Assembly (NCBI GenBank): GCA_964016885.1
Contig: OZ024741.1
Location: 139,314,001 to 139,378,000 of the forward strand
DNA from: Eledone cirrhosa
Lineage: Eukaryota
DNA: 64,000 bases
Direction: 5' to 3'
Both the position numbers and the translations under genes were made by a program. Shown here in pieces: positions 56,487-64,000 of the stretch; positions within the stretch are counted from its first letter, which is position 1, and every line of letters starts with the position of its first letter. Under the pieces are notes generated by a model that was given only the letters and a program-made list of their open reading frames with translations, did no database searches and was not told where the DNA came from.

Positions 56487-56875
56487 AATAATTGTTTCTA
56501 CTTTTAGGCAAAATGCCAGCAATTATCCCAGTGTATTACTGGTACTTTATTTTATCGACCCCCCCCCCCCAAGGATGAAAGGCAAAGTTAACCTGGGCGG
56601 GATTTGAACTCAGACCATACAGGGCCGTAAATCTATGCTGCAAAGCATGGCGTACGATCCTCTACCGATACCGCCAATCAGGTTTTTAAATAATTGTTTC
56701 TACTTTAGGCACAAGGCCAGAAATTATCCCAGTGTATTACTGGTACTTTATTTTATCGACCCCGTAGGATGAAAGGCAAAGTTAACCTCGGCAGGATTTG
56801 AACTCATACTGTAAAGGGACGTAACTATGCTAGAAAGCATGGCGTCCAACCCTCTACTAATACTGCCAATCCATC
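56487..56875 (-). mobile_element. Tandem pair of SINEs
   Basis: Two complete minus copies, each flanked by atcaggtttt(t)aaa. Confidence 0.85.
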
Positions 56876-57054
56876 AGGTTTTAAAATAATGAAATGTAAA
56901 ACATTTCGGCGTACTATGTGATCCGTTCCACTGCCATAATTTAACTACAGAGAAATAGTCCCGATAACTAGAGTTATGATGCTCAGCACGATAATTATGT
57001 TAGCACGGATTTCAATATGCTCAGCAAGTAGACGTTGGACATATATTGCTTTAA

Positions 57055-57360
57055 TATTTTTAGTGGATTTATTACTTAGATTGCGGTCATGTTGGGGCAC
57101 CAGCTTTATATAACCGATCATTTTGACACCAGTATTTAGAATGTTCCTGTCTTCTGTATATTATATTTGCTCTACCGCCAACGAGACATAAACATAGACA
57201 CAAACATATTTATACTACGGTTTATGCTTTTTCCATCAACTAAATTCTACTTAATGCACAGGTTAACGTTGGGCTATAGTAAGAATATAATTTAACAAGG
57301 TGCCAGACAATTGAAGTGGACCAAGATCTACGTAGGTTCGAAGCAAACTTCATAAAAACA
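57055..57360 (-). mobile_element. Old degenerate SINE
   Basis: tgcggtcatgttggggcacc and gggctatagtaagaat..caaggtgcca segments. Confidence 0.45.
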
Positions 57361-58199
57361 CAAATATATATATTTTTTTCATTTTTGGTGAAGTCGGTTT
57401 GGACAATACCTCGAATCTACAAATAGTTATTTGTTTTATTGTAAGAGAGCTCCAATTGACATGGATCGCAACGTAGGGATTTTAATTTGTATTGAAATTG
57501 TCCAATCAATAGTATGTGTAAAATACTGTTCCCTTTTTCAAACATTAAATTGAAAGTATTCTGTCCTATAATAGTGAGTGTTGGACATTGGTTCTAATTT
57601 AAGCACGGATCTAGCAAGTGTGTAAGTCGGTAACATGTACCTCAGTACATGACATATATTTTGTTGTATCGAATCTTTATGTATTAAAGGTGAGTTTCAC
57701 CTCAGAACTTATAATCGATCAAAACAGTATGGTGCTCTAATGATTCTAACAAATGACCATACTCTGAGTCATGGAAATTAATATCAATTCTAGCGGAATA
57801 GAAAACAAAATAAGTAGAAAAAACATGTATACTTATATAAATGGAATAGATACTATTTTATATGGAAAGCATCCGATTTAAATACACGAGACTATCGAAT
57901 GTAGACTAATTGTATTACTCAGGGAGATACAGAGCGATGCAGTGCGGGAAAAAGCTAGCCATTTGAATCATAGGTATGAATAATTGTTTTTGCAATTTAG
58001 AGGATTTGAACAGCGTTAAGTATGCCTTGTACAATTACACCATACCTTGGTGGCAGTGGAACTTTCACGCAAACGATTTCGAGGTGACATTCCTCGATTT
58101 GTAAGCTATACACTTTCTCTCCTCACTACGATAGATGAGTGTAGAATAACATTGTAAGTAAATATCTGGGATAAGTTACGATATGTTCCAGGGACCCGT

Positions 58200-58410
58200 C
58201 CATTGTGTTATAGCTATGGACGTGGCCATAGTGAAATAAAAATTGCAATGAGTGGTATAGCCCCAGAATATTGCATAGTTGTAAATCCATAGAACATGGC
58301 ATAGTGGTAGGGCTTTACAACTGGTCATTGCGTTATAACTGCAGAAAAGGACATAATTGTATAGCTATAGAGACCTGCATTGTAATATAGCTATAGGATC
58401 GGGTATATCA
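58200..58410. repeat. Degenerate ~26-bp minisatellite
   Basis: Units such as cattgcgttataactgcagaaaagga / cataattgtatagctatagagacctg / cattgtaatatagctataggatcggg. Confidence 0.6.
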
Positions 58411-59214
58411 CCAGAACAAGTCATTAATGTAGTTTCTTGGCGTTAATGTTCAAAATTATTCTCTTGCACGTTATCCATACATAATATATGTGGATACATT
58501 GCAATGCATCGATAGAAAATGTAGTGTATTATATGGATCTATTGGAACACGCGCATATTTCAGCCAGGCGCATGTGTGATAAAATGCTTCAAGGAGAGGT
58601 AATCAACAGGTAGGCTCTGCAATAAATAATATAAATGAAAGGGTTAATATTCAGTGTTATTCCTGTAAATTGGATCTACAACATATGACCTTGCATATTA
58701 TTTACTGATTATAGGGTTTTATATGCTTACGAAGTGGTAGAAAAGTATAGTGTGATGTGAGGTTCAGATGTTAGGAATGAAAAAAGGAAGGAGTAGCAAT
58801 AAAAGTGTTTGCATGTAAAGGATTCCGTCAGAAGAAGATAAATGTAGTGAAAGAAAAATAATAAATAATGCTTAAGAAGGAAAATCAATGAATCTAAAGC
58901 TGAGAAAAATAATGGAACCTCTTCAAAGATGATAGCAAGCTGTCAACTAATATTTTTTTCTTACATTTGTTAATGTATAAAGAACATAATTTTATTACTT
59001 GTCTTATAAACACACTCCATATTTTAATGCCAAATTATATAATGTTGAATTCTTAACGTATATGAGATAGAAGTTCTGTGTGATACATTCGATATGAATA
59101 TTATGGATTTGTGTCATTGAATATTGAAAATGATATGTTTAACATATATACACACATACATACATACCATACACACACACTTCATTATATATATATATAT
59201 ATATAAGTGGAAAA

Positions 59215-59330
59215 AAAAATGAAATTTAATTTCTCACTCTTAGTACGGCTGATACTTAAATATAAGTATGTATACGTACATACATATATGCATACAGACG
59301 TACAGTAGTATGTATATACATACATACATG

Positions 59331-59415
<85 letters not shown>

Positions 59416-59899
59416 GTATGGGTTTACCGAACATTTATTATAATGCACGGTTTGTTTGTAAACAAACAGCCCGAATTATTAGGCGTAGAGTGTTCGGCAA
59501 CCATCGTTGCCATTTTGTTCAACACTGACATCAGCACCGTGTATCTTCCTGTCAGTTGATTGAACATTTGAAAGTATATACTTTCCTAATGTATATTAAC
59601 GGCTGAGCAGCCTAATTTGCATGACGAGTGAGTTAGTCAGCCGGGCGTACCGAAATCGATTTATCACTGATACTTAAATATAATATGTATGGTCATCGTT
59701 CCTTTGTCAGAGTTGAACAAAGTGGCAACGATGGTTGCCGAACACTGTATGGCTAATACTTTGGGCTGTTTGTTTACAAATTAACCGAGCATTATAATAA
59801 ACGTTGAGGTAAACCCAAATGTACATATATATATGTGTGCTTGTATGAATATACATACTACTGTGCATCTGTATATATATATGTATGTACGTATACATA

Positions 59900-59905
<6 letters not shown>
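59215..59905 (+). mobile_element. Copy of the ~430-bp family with internal (TA)n expansion and inverted arm
   Basis: Similar to 4271-4732; ctgatacttaaatataa occurs twice; ~59715-59905 is inverted; GAAATCGATT HHR half at 59652. Confidence 0.75.
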
Positions 59906-59944
<39 letters not shown>

Positions 59945-59945
59945 T

Positions 59946-60983
<1,038 letters not shown>

Positions 60984-61103
60984 GGATACTATTTATGGGT
61001 TTGTATATATTAAAACTGTTTATAGTTATGTATATTTTAGACCTTAAACAGTGAAAGTCAGTAATTGGAAGTGAATAAATGCTTTGAACATAGCTTTGAT
61101 CCT

Positions 61104-61992
<889 letters not shown>

Positions 61993-61993
61993 A

Positions 61994-62024
<31 letters not shown>

Positions 62025-62052
62025 CATACATACATACATACATACAGATATA

Positions 62053-62163
62053 TATCTTATCTGGCATGCTTGCATATCTATACATTACACATGTACATAG
62101 TTATATACACATTGGTGTAGTCTCGGTAACCCAATTTGTATTTATATAGATATATCTTTATTG

Positions 62164-62198
<35 letters not shown>

Positions 62199-62201
62199 AT
62201 G

Positions 62202-62241
<40 letters not shown>

Positions 62242-62386
62242 CATACATACATACAAATATATATATATATACATACAATAAACATATATCTATATAAATA
62301 CAAATTGGGTAACCGAGACTACACCAATGTGTATATAACTATGTACATGTTTAATATATAGTTATGCAAGCATGCCAGATAAGATA
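62053..62386. repeat. ~110-bp inverted arms around a microsatellite core
   Basis: tatcttatctggcatgcttgcat..ttattgtat mirrored by atacaataa..atgcaagcatgccagataagata. Confidence 0.85.
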
Positions 62387-64000
62387 GGAATTTCCCTGTA
62401 AATTGAAGATAACAATTACAAACATCTTTTATCGTCTATCGGACCTAACAGTTTGGCTCTAATCAGAAGGTGTGTATATCATATAAACAACCACTTATAT
62501 ACGCAGTGTATAAATTATATACGCAAATATGATTTGAAAATATTACAGAATAGGCAGATGATATACTGATATAAGATGACACTGAAAATTGTGCAATATA
62601 GTGTGAGAAGTGTAATCTATTTATCTATTGGAATGTCTGTTGCAATCTTTTCGATCTCTAGTTAGTTTAATGTTGGTTATGTATTGCCTTTAAGTCAAAT
62701 GTTAACATTCTTTTTTAAAATACAGATCACGTATGGGTCTCCGTTATTGTTCCTTATTGGAAGTTGTGTTCACGTAGAATTGAGTCCATTGTCAGGGTCC
62801 TCTAATAGCTAGTTGTTGTTCTTTATATCGTGGTTATTTTTAATTTAGTTTTTCATAAAATATATCAATCAGTTAAGTGTAAGTAGGATACAAAAGATAT
62901 ATATAATTTGTTGAAGACGTTGCGGAAGTGTATCCATCAATTATGTTAACACAGATATATATATATATATATGATACAGGCTCCTTTGTATCGGGGCTAG
63001 ATTTAATGTAAATATTGAAGTACATTCATCAGTTATATAAAATCAAGTATGAGATGGATGTTCTCTTTCTGGTTATAGTTGTTGTTGTAGTTGATGAAAT
63101 AAATAGAGGAATTACGCTGAATATATATGTGTGTATGTGTGTGTTTGTGTATGAGTGTATGTGTATGTGTGTGTGTACTTATGTATAAGGGACACGTTTT
63201 CGTTATACCATGGAGGTTGATGCTTTAGATGTTACAGTCAGTCGTATTAAATCAGATATTAAAGATGTGCGTTCAGTTTATATTGTGAAAAATACTGTTG
63301 TAACTGTTGTTGAAATCGGTATATCATACAATTATGTCTATATATGTACATCAGTTGCCGGGTCTCTGTTTTAACAGGTATATTCAAACGTCTGAAGATT
63401 GAAATATTTATAATATTCTTTATCTTAGGGTGCATTGTATTAATATTTGAGTATTGGAACACTTTCATATTAAAATTCTTTATGAGTTTCATCAGGGATA
63501 TTTGAACCGAAAATAATAACTGTCAAATAAAACAAATGTAGAAGCCATTCCATGTGTCTTATTTCTGATTTATTTGAATAACACTCCTGCAGTTGTATGT
63601 TTAAGATCTGTCCCCAACCAACTGATACTTAATTAAATCCCGCAGTCCGAATACTTGAACATGTATCTTGTACTAAATCACGTCTTATGTGATTCCTAGT
63701 GAGTAGAATATGATAAAGAAGCACACACACAAATACACACACAATATGAGTGTATGTCTATATGTTCCGTAAAATAGTTGTTTGATTGAAATTAAATCTA
63801 TAAAGAATCAGGCATGAAACTTAGTCGACGATGTCGACGCCACTATGCCAACTGGGTTCCCAGCGTGATCGCAATCAAATGAATGAAACCAGGCAGCATA
63901 TCATATTCTAAATTGATATATGAAAGATCATCGCTTTACTTATTTCTAAACATCTGCTTTCTTTTATTATACTCTCGGCTCATTCAATTCGTGAATATTT

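Overview
AT-rich, repeat-dominated animal DNA, intergenic or intronic. The SINE types suggest a cephalopod such as Octopus, but that is inference. No host gene, rRNA, tRNA gene or CRISPR array is supported, and most ORF-track entries are microsatellite artefacts. Recognisable coding remnants are all decayed retroelements: Penelope-like elements (PLEs) of Neptune-like and Hydra-like type, R4/Dong, CRE-like, Tx1/L1 and RTE, plus many tRNA-derived SINEs. The main signal is a dense set of insertions in (TA)n tracts carrying type I hammerhead ribozyme (HHR) motifs with palindromic helix III. It includes non-coding retrozyme-like units of 522, 711, 593 and about 430 bp (one as a ~3.9-copy tandem array), two unrelated HHRs with a compensated U3-A8 core, and a recurring tail-out fold-back architecture in which one arm keeps the true 3' tail and the other stops at an internal TA. 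All ribozyme calls are motif and pairing readings made by eye; none is tested.
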